This document shows, piece after piece, positions 27,230 to 42,176 of a DNA stretch of 64,000 nucleotides; the stretch's first letter is position 1, and every line of letters starts with the position of its first letter. A program made the translations under genes and the position numbers. Source of the DNA: Lingula anatina. Its lineage: Eukaryota; Animalia; Brachiopoda. The notes beneath the pieces were generated by a model that made no database searches, was not told the DNA's origin, and worked only from the letters and a program-made list of their open reading frames with translations. The stretch is from positions 18,352,001 to 18,416,000 of the forward strand of contig CM120642.1 in assembly GCA_051362555.1 (NCBI GenBank), given 5' to 3'.

Positions 27230-30200
27230 CCCGACTGCAAAACGACTAAGTGAGGTGGTGCGAGTTAAATGGAAGGATTCCAAAAAAAAAAAAAAAGGCA
27301 GATTATATAAGGAAGTGGTTAGAATGGCCACACATGAGAGGAAAATTTAGAACGCTACATCGGTCTAAGCGGCGAGAGATATCAGTAATTTATTAACAAT
27401 GATCAAATCGCTGACCACAACACCTGTATTAATAATTTTATTTTTTAAAACTAAATTTTCTTGTGATTGCGCGGCTCCGTGTGTCCGCATGTTCATGTTT
27501 ACCTTTGCAGTCATGTGTAAGCACGTGGCAGTCTGCGCTTTCACGCGTCTGTGTCTACGCCCGTAAGCGCGTGCGTGTGCATGGTGCGTGTGGCTGTGTG
27601 TTTGTGAGTGTCACTTCACCCTTTCCTGACACCTGTTTCCCTATTGTTCCACGGTATCGGGAACTATCAACAGACAAAATAAATAACTTGACACATTCGT
27701 GTACCCTTGATGGGTATTAGGACGTTTACGATATCTTTGTCAAGAGACAAGACAAATACACTGACCGATGACAAACACGCTGGACCAATGTCCGGAACGC
27801 CGTTAATGGCTTGACCGGGCAACGTTGGGGAGTAACGGATGTATGTCCATTCTTCAAATTCTTAATAAACTGTATACTTATTGCACATTGTCTACTTGTC
27901 AAATTAAACGTTCTCTTGTTTGACCGCTCTTCAGATAGTTGAGATCCAATAACATAGACTTAAACAATGGGGTATTTACAATTTTTCTTGCACAATAATA
28001 AATATTATTGACAGGCGTGCGGTAGGTAGTAATTAATAGCACACGCGCGCTCCTTATGACGCTGGGGTTAATTCGTGGTTACGACAAGACAGTATCATTT
28101 TAATGAAATGCGCTCGACCTCTGACCATTTGAATGCAACGTTTATCAATTAATTAAATGTTACGCTCATTCTTAAATCAGAGAAATAACAATCGATAAAA
28201 CATCGCAGTGAGCGTTTTAAACCCGTATGGTTATGACTACGTAACGAATTGCGCAAAGCAATTAGGCGCCTAAATACAGAGGCGTATGTAGCTGAATTAA
28301 TAAAGTTTTGCTTTATTGTATTTCATGGCTGGAACCTTCACGTATTAATTACCTGCTGATGCCGAAAACCCCGAAGTGAAACATTTTTCAAATTAAAACT
28401 TGCCAGCAGAAAACAAGCTCCATTTATTAAATATGGCGGGGATATAAGTATAGACTCAAATATATGTAAGGATAAATAATTTGTCGTGTAAAAATCTGTA
28501 TTACACAACGATCAAATAAAAAACACTGTGGGGAAATATTTGAAAAGAAACTTTTGAAAAATGGAGTGAGATCGGCCATAAAACATTTTATGTGAATTTA
28601 ACATAGAGCCATAAATGTTACGGTACGTAATTATGAAGTACATATTCTTTAAATGATATTAGCTTTCTAATACTTTACAATATTTGTCTTTTTACAAATA
28701 CTACTTGTATACACTGAAAACCTCCTCCTGTGCGCTTTTCAAACTATGACATTATGACACTGATTTTTACAGCTTTCTTTTTCGTCTCCTCCCCCCCCCC
28801 TCCTAAATAATTTCAACATCAAAATTTTCTGTTTGATTTACCCATATTGAAATTAACTTGGGATTTTCCTTTGATCTGCTTTGCAGAGACACTACCAACC
28901 CCCTCCCCTCATCTCTCTATCAATCAACGCTTAACGTTTGGCAAAACGCCAATGTATGTTGTGTTACACAACTGAAAACGAACATCCTTTTGAAATCCAA
29001 TTTATATCCATATTTTTTTATTATGTTGTTTTCAATTACCGCTCCGTATTCCATCTTATCCTTTCCATTGAGATTTTTTTCTTATTAAGAAACCGCCATC
29101 TACACTGTATTTTCACATCTTCATTTTATAATTATTTTATTGAATCATCCTTCCTCCTCCCAACCCTTTCCGATGCTCCCGTCTAACGGAACATGCATTT
29201 CTTAATCTCAACTTTTCATCATTTCCCCTGTTTTCTATATTTCAATATGAAAAAATCACCACCACCACCCCCCCCCCCCCCACACACACACACCAACCAA
29301 AACTCCCATGTTTTCCTCTCACACCTGTGTCCAACCCCGCAACTCTATCAGCCCGCTATTGTTCCTCTCATGGCTCGAGGCACGGTCCACGTATTGAAGA
29401 TCAGGCCCCACCACCGCAAGACGCATAACTTTTCGGTGAGTTAACTTTGCTCCCTTTCTTCTCTCCAGTGAGAAGGCACTGACTAAGCTCAGCTTTTCTG
29501 TTTAAGGTGACAATGTCCGCTCTTTCGATGTAAAATAGATCAATTTGTGCGGCATTGTGCGTTAACACCGGCCGCTGTGTGATTCTAACCGCCCGCCGGC
29601 TACAGATGTTTCATACCTTCACGAAAATTCGAAAATAATGATATCCTGGGTCTGAAGACTTTTAACTCCCGAACAATGAGTAGTATTGAAGAGAGACGAA
29701 AGATTTTACTTTGATGTGAACTGGCCTGGGAGAGGATTGAGAGAGTGCCCAAGAAATCTTCAACCCAGGTTCATCCCACTACAAATGTTCATATATCTCT
29801 CTCTCTCTCGCACACACACGCACACACACACACGCGCGCACACACACACACGCACGCTTTCTCTCTCTCAGACACACGCCCACACATCAAAAACAGCTCA
29901 GTAAAGCGCGTACTACTGCACATATTACAAATGACAGACACATCACTTGAATGATCAATAATAGTTAACTTAACTGTGATATCACAAATGCGCGACAAGA
30001 ATAACGGGAAAAAATACACAGACTTGTAAGATATATGTACCAAAATAATTATTAAACCCCGGCAAAATGTTGTGAAGTGGACAATAGTATAATAAATATC
30101 ACTTTTACAGCCTAATCTGTTTTTCGTGATAAATAGAATTGCGTAAAAACAGCCAAAGAAACGAAAATCAAGTTCAGCATTACTCACACACAAACAAATA

Positions 30201-33200
30201 AAAAATAAAGTATTAAACTGGGTAAAATTGACAGCCAAAGTATCAGTATTAACATAGACTAATATTCAAACTGCTAGTGCGCCGAACGAGTACAATATAA
30301 ATGATTAATCTATCGCTTTAAACCAATACTACAAAAATCAATATGAGAGCAAAGTTAAAAATTGTGAAAAATAGATATCACTGACAAATTTATCAATAAC
30401 GTGTTCATCAATGGAAGAAAGCGGGATTGATTATCAAAGAAAAATATAAACGGCACATTTATCTAAATGGTGATAAAAAACAAAAGAATCGAGTGGAAAT
30501 ATATCTGCAGGAAATAAATGTGAATGATAAATATATCTGTGCTGTGATGTTTTACAAAAGAATGCAGAAGTAAATAACTATTGAAATGGTGATTAGTAAA
30601 TTTATCAAAAATTGCGATTGTAAAAGGAGGAATGGACAGGCACCAGCACTTTCCCCGTTCCTGCGTGATTCACCCGAACCCAAGTTGCTGTCTGTGAAGC
30701 CCAATTATTCATTTAACGGTTATGAATACATTGCGCACGCGTCCGACCATACGTTGGGAAAGTGATTACCTTAAACATGTCTTAATCCATCAAAATATAA
30801 AACGTTGTGTTTTCTAATAACACGTGGCCAATTGACCATAAAATCATTTTCAATTAAGGCCCTTGTGTCAAGAGCACTCGTGAGTAGGGCAAGAACAATC
30901 GGCAAGAAACAGACAAAGAACAGTTAACAAAACGGTACTTAAAATGGCGGAAGTCAATCACAGGACAAAAACGCCGGAATCGTCTGCCTGATTTCTGCGG
31001 CACAGCAGAAACTTCACCGACTCGTACACTAGTTGAACTCTCCCATTGTTTTTCTCGAAATCATAATTTATCAACATATCAAAATTAATGATGAGAACGC
31101 TGCCGCTTTTCGACTCATAATTTGGACGTGTGGCAAGCAGTCCAAGATAATGATAGTATTTCCCTATTTTACGTTGGCGTGTGAGCGCAGACATAACTTT
31201 AATTGATCAAAGGATGCGTTGGTGAAATTGATCGCCATCAAGTTTCGTTTCAATTACCGAATGAATGGGACAGAAAATATTACGATAATGGTGAGCATTT
31301 AAGATCGCCCGGACACTAATATTAAGACTCTTAAGCCAGGTGAAACATCCTAACGTTTTTTTTTTTACTACTAAAGATGAACAACAGTATTAGAAAAAAA
31401 GATTTTGATTTGCATTGAGAAAGTCAGTTAGTACATAAAGACATAATATGTCTATATTGGTTGCAAAACAGATATTAAAAAGTATACATTTTATAGTGAA
31501 CAAAGCACTGCAGAAACCAGATAATTCTAAAAAATCTAAAGGGATAAAAACAATCAGTTGCAAAAGGAGTTTCTTCACAATAACAGATAAAATCAGAGTT
31601 ATTTTCACTCAGATGTTCGGTGTCTTTCCCCTCACTTTCTTCGGGAAATGATCTATAGGAGCAAAATTGACGAACACAATATTATTTTAATTGAGTGTAT
31701 AGCAAAGACGGTGAAATTATTTAATTAAAAAAACAGTAAGTGATTTTATAATGAAAGCTATTTTATGGTCTGATAACTGATGTTCGTGTATATATGTTAT
31801 TTTCTTCCTTAATGTTAAATTGTGCTGTATTTGCTCCCTTTTTATCACCAATGAATGCTTCTACTCGTGTGACCTGATTGTCTATTGCTTCTTTGCGGAA
31901 GAGGAAGATATAATTTCAGCAGAGGAATTACAAATAAATAAAGGGAAAACCTAATGGTGACAATTCCTCGACAGAGAAATAGTTACAGGATGATTGGCAC
32001 TATTGTAAAAATCTATATTATTTTGGAATGATTACACATCAGTTTTTGCCACTTGTCTCAACAAAAAATATAGCATATGTGCTTTTATCTAATTTTATGT
32101 AAACTAACCTATCCACGTTAAAAACGTCTACATGTGGAAGTAATTCAACATGGCAAAAGGACGCTTGGCAATCTCACCTGACAAAGATGGCGCTTAATTA
32201 TTGATCACAACTGTCACTTCGTCGTAAACATTTATCAGGGAAATTAATTGTAATGGGGACCTACTACAATTATCGGTTGTAGGGTTCAAGTTTTATTCTC
32301 GGGCCATGAAAACATTACTCTTTTCTCTTCATCTCAGCTGTTCACTTTCTCATAGTTCTAGACAGTGGCTTTTTTTTCTTCTCCACTAGATCGTCTGCTA
32401 CTTGCGCCTAAGATAAGCCGTTATCATGCATACTTGAATCGCCTTGTTTCCAGTTGTCCGACTTATTGAATATCAATAATTAGAAGGCACCACGTCTTAT
32501 TAATTACCAAAGATTAAAATCTCTTAAACGATCCCGGTGGATGTGGGATCTTGCTTGGTGCGCGCGGTGGCGAATGGTTGCTAACTCGAAGGCGCGTTTT
32601 GTATCAATTTTTTTCTATCTCTCTCAAGCCTTGTGTTGCAGTGTTGTAATCCCCCGTGTAGGTAAATACACTAGAGCGGACATATTTGTATAGGTTATAA
32701 TACCCGGGATGCGGAGATATTTAGTAAGTGTTCGGTCTTTATAGCGTGTGATCGCCCAAGTGTTTGCAGCAAACACGCTACTTGTGAAGACCTTAGGATA
32801 CACACACATCTTTGCTAACCACGCATTGGTGCTGGACGCTTAAGAGGCCCCACTTGGGGGCTGTTAGTGTCATCGGCGTTCTCAGTGCCCTCAAATATCT
32901 GCGACACGGTGTTACATGAGGCCGGTGAAACCTGCTTCATACACGGAGGTATATTTCACAAGCCCATCACACCTTATATACTTTATTCTATGAACAGTTT
33001 TCATATTAATTATCACAATCTGTGTCGATCTTTCATAACTGATCATATGTTGTTTTGCCCTGTCGTCAGATATGTCAGCTCAGTGTTACAAAGATCAATC
33101 GCGTCACCTTCGCTGAAGTTGTGAAACGACAAGAAATTCTGTAGAAGAAAGATTGCTTTAAGATATCAGTCACACCCAATGCTAAATATAATAAATAAAT

Positions 33201-33966
33201 TATAATAATAAGAAGAAAGACAATAACATATTATAAAAATAACACGTATATAAAATTTGCCTTACATTCTCGATTTAAACAAAGACATAGAATAATACAC
33301 GCTAAAACTATACAACTAAGTTTGATGTAACACCGTCCCAAGCCCCCTATGTTGCCTCGGCCTTCTTTCAATGGTCGACAGCTGCGCACGGCAGATTCGT
33401 ATTGTTTGCACTGCAATTTTTCAACGAAGTGTCCCCGCGCTCTGCTCCTTGAGTTCAAGTGGCGAGCTTGCCTCTTCTCTTGTCAAAGCGCCGGTGCTAG
33501 GCGATAGAGAGAGAAATGCTTGGGCTATTGTCCCAAATGCCAGTCACAGACAAGTTTAGCGAGTGCTCACTCTTTTTTTTTCTATGGTGCCTACACACCC
33601 GTGAAATACGAGGTGGAAATTTTTTTTCATTTTTTTTTGCTGCGGTCGCTATTTACGGGTACGTTATCTGAGTTATGGTAACGCGGTTCGCCTTCGATAC
33701 ATGAGCTTTGCTATCAGGTTCATATCAAACATACGCTACAAAATTAATTCACTTAAATCTTTCTATCTGCATTTTTTTTTTCGGATATTTTTCCATTAGA
33801 CAAAAAAGAGCATATGTTATTGCTCAGATATCATACCTGAAATATATAAGGCGCAAAACTAACATGGTCATTTTTAATAAATGCTGTATATGGGAGAGGA
33901 GTGAAGAGACAGATAGAAAGAGAGAGCGCGTGTCTCTCCCTCTCTCTCTTTCTAATTGTGTGTCTA

Positions 33967-33998
<32 letters not shown>

Positions 33999-36900
33999 GA
34001 AAGGAGTATCGAACTCTCACTCACTCAAACAGTTGTAAAACCGCACTGTTTGCCGAGCGCTGTTCCAACACTAGCAGCTGTCAACTCCTTTATTTATGTT
34101 CAACACTTTTATCAACAATCTCATAAATCGTACAAAAACAATAGCAGCACCATAATGTTATCTCCCTCGACTTTGCAGCAGTGCAATAAAATACTCGCCA
34201 TCCATCTGGTAATGGTCATAAAATTCAAAGCAGTGCAAATGTTTGTGATGCTAAGGGGTGAAGGTGGATTTTAAAGAAGCAATAGAACAGTCATTACGAT
34301 AAAACATGACCTGTTCATCACAGTCGAAGGAGACATACAGTAACCCGTGGAAATATCTAGGACGCATATTTTAATGTCATTGGATTTAGACTTAAATATT
34401 CACCTCTGTTTGTGCTGAAACACGACTGTGTCGCTTCTTAAAAAGTGTTTTTACATTCAGGCCGAATGTTAAGTGTTCTTTGGGATGTTACGTTCTCTTT
34501 TGGTTTCATTGAAAATAAAAATATTAAGCAATTTCAAAAACTATATGAATTTGAATTAGGACATGTCTTAGAATAAGGGAAGATTTCTTCCTATATTTTC
34601 CTTCCAATTCATAACAATTAGGCCTACTGATATTTCTCGAACCAACTTAGATTCCAGTCGGAACATTTTTTCATCAATTGAGAATTATGGATAGAGAAAA
34701 GTTATAGAATAATATATATGACTTATCAATTGGACAAAGCTAAAATATATTTTATATTGCTCTTTGGATTATAATAGTTATCGGGGCATGCGTGATGAAG
34801 TATATTTGATTTCATGTCATCTTTTGAGACAAATTATTGTGGTATTTCGTTCTAACAGAGTGCAATCAAACACAATATATAGAGAGAGCAATTAAACGAA
34901 AACATTATTGGTGTCTAATGGCAATGAAAAATATAGGAAAAGCAATAATACAGCTGACAAAAAGTGGCTGTACATTATCTAGTCGACGCCTTGCATGACA
35001 GGCCTCAAAAACCGTTGAAAAATTTTCCTTATTTCTGCTCCACTTACTTGTCATAATCCATCTTGCAGTAGAGTTTCATATCTTTGAAGAAACAAGATTG
35101 GGTGAGAGGCAGACGACACACACAGCATTGAAGACATTGCTCGTGCCACGTGTTCGCCATTACTTTCAAGAAGAACCTATCCTCTATGGCTCGCTGACAG
35201 CCGGTGCACACCTCGAGCTTCTTTGAGGTCGGAGAATTTGAAATGAGATTTCCTAAAAAATAATAATATAATAACAAATGAATTATTTTCAATCGTTTTT
35301 AAAAAAAAATGCCAAAAACAACCACAGTAGAAAGTAGTATTTCTATGATGTTGAAAATTAAAGACGAAACCAAAAGATCTCGACTTGCACACTTGTACAC
35401 GGTATACTGAAATTCTTTTTCGACGGTATATGTACTACCGAAAGTTCTGCGTCATATATGGGCCAGAGTTAGGATTGAGATTTAAGTATACAAACAGTAT
35501 CCAAAATCGTAATTCGCTCTCAATTATTTCCCCCATTCAACGAGGGAATTAAAGCGAAAAATTTTAATAAAAGACAAATATCTTTTAGCAAACATAAAAA
35601 GCGTGAGCTTTTTCTCTGAATAAAAAGGAAATGAAAAAAAAAATGATAAAACCAGAGATAAATACAAATTCAATGTATCAATTAGTGAGTGTTTCTGGCC
35701 ACGTTAAAGGCTGAAGCGCTGTTACCATCATCTCTCTGCAACGAATTTCCGCATGTACATGTCGTTGAGCTTAATTAATAATTTTATTAATCTTCCATCC
35801 TTCTGTACATTGTTTTCCTACAGCGTTTAATGTGTCACTGGTTTTTTTCTTGATAGAGAAACCAGATAATATCGATAGAAGCGTGATGAGATTTAATCCT
35901 AATATGCCTGAGTGTTGAACTATCAGGAAAAAACACAAGAGAACGGGATTAACTCAAAACTGAAGTAAATAGATAAAAACAGTTTTCTTGTTTCCAATCA
36001 CCAGCAAAACCTTCCAGAAGCAGATGTCACTGTGGCCATAACCTGTTTCTGTCAATAGGGTTAAACAAAAGGTCACCAGGCGGACTCGATTTTAAGGAGA
36101 TAATTCAACTTATTTCTGTTGCAAAACGGGCGAGAACAAGAAAATGATTTTCAGCCATGATTTCAACCAGGAAATCTTGAAGATCACCCGGAAACCAAGG
36201 AAAGGCGGCGGCAGGTGACTGGCCCTCTTCAGCGCTTCCGCCATTTTTATAATAAATTGAATAGAATGCATATTCAAGGGATCCGATTTTCTATCAGATA
36301 CATACAGGACAGACGCAGGCATTATGGAAATTAAGACAAACCAGTCTCCAAATGTTCACAGGAATAATTCAATGTCGGCCATTTATAATCAACGCTAGCT
36401 TAACGAATTGCAAAATAAAATCAACACAATGTTGTTAACCTTATGCGTTCATACTTACGTATTTCAATATGATTTTCGGACGATCGGTTAAGTATTGCAT
36501 TTTTAATTGTTGTCCTTAATAAACATGGTGACAGATAGGTCCATGAGGCCGGGAGTTGGCCTTGACATAAACAATTATCTACTGCATGTGTACTTGTGTG
36601 TGCCTCTCTCTTTCTCTCCGTGTGTGTGTGGGTGGGGGTTACTCATTCCTAACACTCGCCTTATGTTTAAATCCACTGATTAAAATTCGAGTTTTATAAG
36701 CATAGCGCTAATAAACATTGCAATCCATGAATGTCCCTACGTTTAAATGCTTTAAATGCTTTCAGCGTAAAAACTACGAAGACGTGTAATCAATTATGAA
36801 AGCTTTTAAGTCTAGCACGCATTGGACTTGATTTAATTAGCAACTTGACATGATCTAAATTAAAATAAGGCCTGTCTCTTGTCAGCACATGTTATTGCAG

Positions 36901-39900
36901 TCTTCAATCAGCTGATTAATAAGCAAACACAAATCTATCCTCTTTTGCGTTGATTCTTTTCAGTTTGGGGGACATCTATTTGCTTGATTCTCAAGAAACT
37001 ATTACAATGCACTGCACTGGTCACGTACTAACCTCTGATTTTACAAGTATTGGATACAAATATGCTAGTGATATACATCTCGAGTCATCGGGCGTCTTCC
37101 CCATTACTTGCAGTTGCCATGCCGACCTCGGATCTCCAGAACAACGTTTGAAGTCTGTTTGACAATTCACGACTTGAGACAGATTTAGAGGGATTTCGAT
37201 ACAACTAACCGGATTTAGGAGATACAATTGTTTACGATGACAAATGTTACGTGTCTTGACCCAAATCTGGTCTCAAACTTGGCAAAAATTCTGCGCACAC
37301 CTGTACTTGTACCAGTACATACTGTGGTGGGGGGCCGGTGTCGCCTTCAGCTTATCTTTTCAATTCATATTTTTCTATTTTTTAAACAAGTGGAATGCTT
37401 CTTTTAATAGGGGGAAAAGATTGAGAGAAAAACTTTGCGCAGGTTATGGTTAACTTTCAGTTTACTGAGCTAAAAGTATAAAATATGTTAAGATTTGTCG
37501 TTCGACCTTCGAATTTGAAAACCGGAAATTAAGATACAAAGGAGAAAAAAGATGTTTCCTTTTTGGTTAATCTCCTTTGTGTTAAAACATTATCTCGCGT
37601 CTCAAATGTGACTTTACTCATATTTCGCTCAAAGATAATGAAAATTTGAAACCGGTCACAGTCACCACCAGAACAGTGACGTAACAGGCAAGACGATTTC
37701 GTGCAAATGTTTCCCCCTCTCTTTTCTATTAAAAAAAGGCAATATGTAAACGCTATAACTGACGGAGAACGATGTGTTGCTTAGAATTCGTGGAAATGTG
37801 CCCTCTTTCTCCAGTCGGAAGTTGAAAGAGGGAAAAAATGAACAAATCAATTATAACAAAAGTGTGTCATATATTAAATGACAAAAAAAGAAGCTTTATC
37901 ATTTATATTATATTATATTATATTATATTATATTATATTGTTAACTTTTTTAACCGATATTTGGGGAGTGGTATCTTAGGTCATAATGAAAAAAAAACTT
38001 GCATTTTTTGCAAACTTACATTGACCCTAGAAGAGGCAAACAATGTTATTTTATTTTATTTATTTTTTGTCATTCTACCGTCATTCTATTCTTCAGAGGT
38101 TTCGCCTAAGCCTGCCGCAAGTGGAAACAACAAAGTCGTCTGCGTTTTCTTTGAACTTATTAATCATTAAAACAACTTTTAGCTTCCGCGCACACGACAC
38201 GTTATATAACACTGCCTTTAATCAAAACGCAGGCGACCGTGCGTTTGTAAGAAGACAAAAGATCCTTGAGCTTCTGATTATTAGAAGCAGCAGCTTTGCG
38301 AACACCAGAGACTCTGAAATGAAACGCGAAGCGTTAACCTGGATTTGGAGGGCTTGAACGGATGTATTCGAGTAAAGAGAATAAACTGGCATCCTTATCC
38401 AAATTTAACCATATGTATCATAATTTTCAAAAATTGTATATAATACCTGGTCCTTTATTTCCTCATTCAATTCCTTTTTACAAGAAAAAATATGCGCGTT
38501 TCAGTGAAAAGTGGGAGAGAAACCGATAATGAATTCGAATATTTTCGAAGAAAAAGAATGGCCGGTGTCATCTTTAACTTTGCAAACCAACACACACAAT
38601 TTTACAAGAAAATAAGCGAAAAAGTCATCCATTTTTACCAAAGAGAAATGCCATTAAAACACCAACGTAGCAACACCAGTATAAAACTCATAAATTATAT
38701 TTCAGTAAAAAAAAAGAAATATCGAAATTCAATCACTTGTATAAATTGTACCATTACCATGAAATAAAGAGTACCTCTCAAAAAACAAAAAAAAATCAGG
38801 TTCGGTCATTCAAGTTTTCTAATGGTGACATTTTAATCGGAGTTTAATGAATCCCAACGCTTACTACAACGTGAACTAGGCTCTCCACACGCTTACTACT
38901 ATTGGGGAAATCACAGCCAGCATAGGAAAAAATCACCGGGCGAAATCCACTTAGTCTTGCTCAATTGCGTCTCGTAGATTTCAAATTAAATGCTGCGACA
39001 GTTCACTTTCTGAGAGTAGAGACCTTGGATGACTGGGCAACAACTGAAAGAAATCTGCGTGATAGCGTTTCAATGGCGAGGACTGAACAATGAACAGAAA
39101 TAATTAAAAGTTTGAAATTTTGCTTTGTTTTTGAATCACTTCATAAAATCGATTCACCGGCTACAATGCAATAAATGAATTATCTTTTGTCGTAAAAAAA
39201 AGAAGAAGAAAAAGCTGCACACGAAATAAACTTACATTTTTCAGGTCAATATATTTTTAAAATCAAAATTGTCTCCCCTTAACGGATTTCTCTACCCGAT
39301 AACGACACGCGCCTTACATACAAAGATAACCTTTGTCTGATTAAAAACCTCGATTGAATTCTATCAAATATAAATGCACTGAATAATACGGAATAATATC
39401 AACAGTAAATAATCTTTTTATCTCATTACATATTAACGCGTTTATCCTTGCGCATAAGGTTATGAGAAGTTAAAGCTATTTCTAAAGTTGTTTAAATGAA
39501 ATTTATTCTAAAACTAGCAATTAAGAAAAAGATAGAAGAATTATGAAAGCTACTGACATATTTTATGTAAATGTAATATATAATGGTCTTCAAAAAAAAA
39601 AAAAGATGTAAATGTAATATATTATAGTCTTCATAAAGTCAAATCAATTATCAGCTTTTTCAGTCTCTGGTCAGTGATCATCCACAACTGCAATCAGAGC
39701 AGAAATATGCGGTCTAAAACCAAATATATTCTATTTATTTTGAATATTTACAGCAGATCGGTCAAGAATCTGGGCAAGGCGCAGAAAACAGTTTTAAAAC
39801 TTCTGATGTAACAAACGTAACACTCTTTGTTCAGACATGCAGACCGGCTGGCAGTAGCTTTAGACTTTTGGTTGGCGTCCGCTGTGATGTTCAACGTTCT

Positions 39901-42176
39901 CTATATTCAGTGAAAAGGAATTATTGTATTATGCAACTCAGACTGCCCGATGCATCGTCTTACATGTCAGTTGTCACTACGTGCGCTTTGCTCAAAGTCA
40001 ACAGTTTTATTAACCGCCGTATACATGTACATTGTAATAATTGAAATCACTTTCATTTTTGCAAGATGAAATTGGCTGACTCCATTCCATCTTCTTTTTA
40101 TAGGTGCAGTAAGCCACTTATTAATGAGCAAAGATAAGTCAAATAATCTTACAGATATGCACACAAAATAGATGTTAACATAGTTGTTCATCGCCTGTGA
40201 ACAACATATAGAGAAAAAGAAATTTATGAGTCAATAATTCTGATAGCAATAATGCGTTTTTTTTTCAAGAATTATATTAGCTAAATTCGCCATGCATTTT
40301 TAACCTTTTTTTCTAAATTTTAAATTCGCTTGGCATGAAAACATATTTCAGAATTATAACAGACATTTTCTACCGAGTAAGACGAAATAAATAATTGTTT
40401 TTAATTTGATATTATTATAGGCCTGGTTCATAGGGACTTGGCAACAGTCTTGCGTGTTGTCTATCACGAGCCCTGAACCTGTATTTCTAGAATTAGGCAC
40501 ACCTGTGCGGGGCCAGGTGTATGAAGAGAGAGAGAGAGAAGGGGGAGAGAGCTTGGAATGCTCAAAGTTCTTAAGTGATCTCTATAATTAACCACTCGAC
40601 TGTTACAAATCTCACTAAAGTCGCTACTCGTTCTGCACTGCGAGGAACGCAGGTGTCACCGAAGAGAAGAAAACGACAGAGTGCGAGAGAAAACAAACCA
40701 AAAATCGCGGAGGTGCTAAATCACACAGAGATAAACTAAATTACAAGAAGCGCCCCTATAAATATTGCATTGCTTGGCTTGGCTTTGAAACGCTTTCGGT
40801 TTAATTTTAAAATTCTCATTGTTAACTGGATGAAAAATAAGCATCGCACTGAAAAAGATGAAAATATCATCCAAACTTGCACCTACAAAATGTACGCCCT
40901 CCCTCGTTCTTTACTCCCTTCTCCTAAAATTCACACTCATGGTTTTTATACGCATATTTTTTTATGTTGTTGATAAAACGTCCGTGGTTATATTTATGCT
41001 GATATCAACGTTATCCAAACTTCAAGAAACTACTGTCGCGCGTATCCAAAACAGACTACCAAACAGTGTTTTCATTAAAAATACTAATCGTATTTTGAGA
41101 TATCCAAAATCTTTTTATCACAAAGATATGCAAAATCCTTTACCTTGCTGCATCGGGTAAGATATATAAAACTTACCGTATCAAAATTTCGACATGCCGA
41201 CGTTAACTGACCAAAGAAAGGTGTACCTTCTCCGAGCTCCTCGACATAAAAGGCTAAGAACGCTACAGTAGTCGACAGCATAATCAGACGTCTTCTTGGC
41301 AACACCGTTACAAATCATGCGGTAATTTCTATTAAGGTGGTTTTAATACTCACAATCAAATGCAGCGCGGATTTCAAAGCGAAGACCAATTAATCACACG
41401 ATAAACGGATCAGTCGGAATATCGCAGTGTAATTTCTGTGTTTTCCATTGAAATTTTATTTACTTATAAACAGCTTAGCGGGCCAGAGAAGTCTCATGAG
41501 GCTCAGATTGTGCGGGTATTGACAGATTCGCGATTATCGTAACTTGCTCTTTTAAAAACGCCTCCGAACAATTAGACCGGAATTTCGAGTGTTTGCTTGC
41601 CCCGGTACCCAAGTATAAATAAATCGGATCTGAAAGACCGTGGACTTATTAATCATATCATATCGTATACAAACATAACACCTTGTGTTCCCTTTTTAGA
41701 ATATGATTTTATAATATGTAAAAAAAAAAATTTTTCATTTTATACTTATGAATAATATTATATTAACAATCATGTATCCCAGTAATTTTGAATAATTATA
41801 GTGAAATGTTCTCTTTACAGCCCCGTAGTATCAGAGTATAAAAGTATATTGCTACAAAAAATTCAATCATTAAACTTTTAACAAAATATGGTAGAGAGAT
41901 CCAGCTTTGGTTTATGGGGGTATCGACGTTGCATCATTCGCAGACTCTAATACTGCACGTCTCTCTTAGCTTTCCTCAGTCAGTTTCGATATCAAATCCA
42001 CCCAGGTTAGGCGATTCACATTTTTTTCATAATTTAGTTTCATTTTTATCTTCCCACAATATGTCAGCTGTGATTCAGTTGAGGAGGTTAGTTAATCATT
42101 TTGTCTTACCTGTGTTTACGTGATCATAGGCCCTGGACTCGTGGTTCGCAGGTAAGACATTGCAGTTTGGGTCCAT
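13755..42176 (-). CDS. Lmx1: LIM homeobox transcription factor 1 (Lmx1a/b ortholog), ~386 aa
   Basis: Exons (minus) 42176-42110, 35252-35048 (LIM1 [31 protein letters not shown]), 16465-16248 (LIM2), 15932-15790, 15541-15464, 15223-15103, 14875-14825, 14555-14484, 13960-13755; total 1161 nt. Homeodomain [55 protein letters not shown] and C-terminal [14 protein letters not shown] are diagnostic of Lmx1. Exon 1 ([22 protein letters not shown], strong Kozak, phase-1 AG|GTAAG donor) is the least certain part. Confidence 0.93.
18145..18240. repeat. Compound microsatellite (CT)n(GT)n followed by poly-A
   Basis: Directly visible. Confidence 0.95.
22613..22718. repeat. Two-copy ~60-bp degenerate tandem duplication in Lmx1 intron 2
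   Basis: ATACGTTTTTTGC(A/G)CTCAGG.CC.TGAAAA..AAAACAC...TTTGC occurs twice. Confidence 0.75.
27173..27223. repeat. (AAT)n microsatellite
   Basis: About 17 perfect AAT units. Confidence 0.95.

Noticed and set aside
29370-29470. Plus-strand ATG..GTGAGT segment ([22 protein letters not shown]) as the first exon of a nested antisense gene
   Set aside because: No homology and no credible downstream exons; the next acceptor is only ~30 nt away.
33708-34274. 188-aa ORF in Lmx1 intron 2
   Set aside because: Non-ATG start, kept open by (GA)n/(CT)n microsatellites, no recognisable domain.
36453-41305. Strong minus-strand GTAAGT donors at 36458 and 41176 as alternative coding first exons of Lmx1
   Set aside because: The nearby ATG frames end in phase 0 or hit stops, while exon 2 needs phase 1. 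They could only be non-coding exons, and I have no evidence for that.
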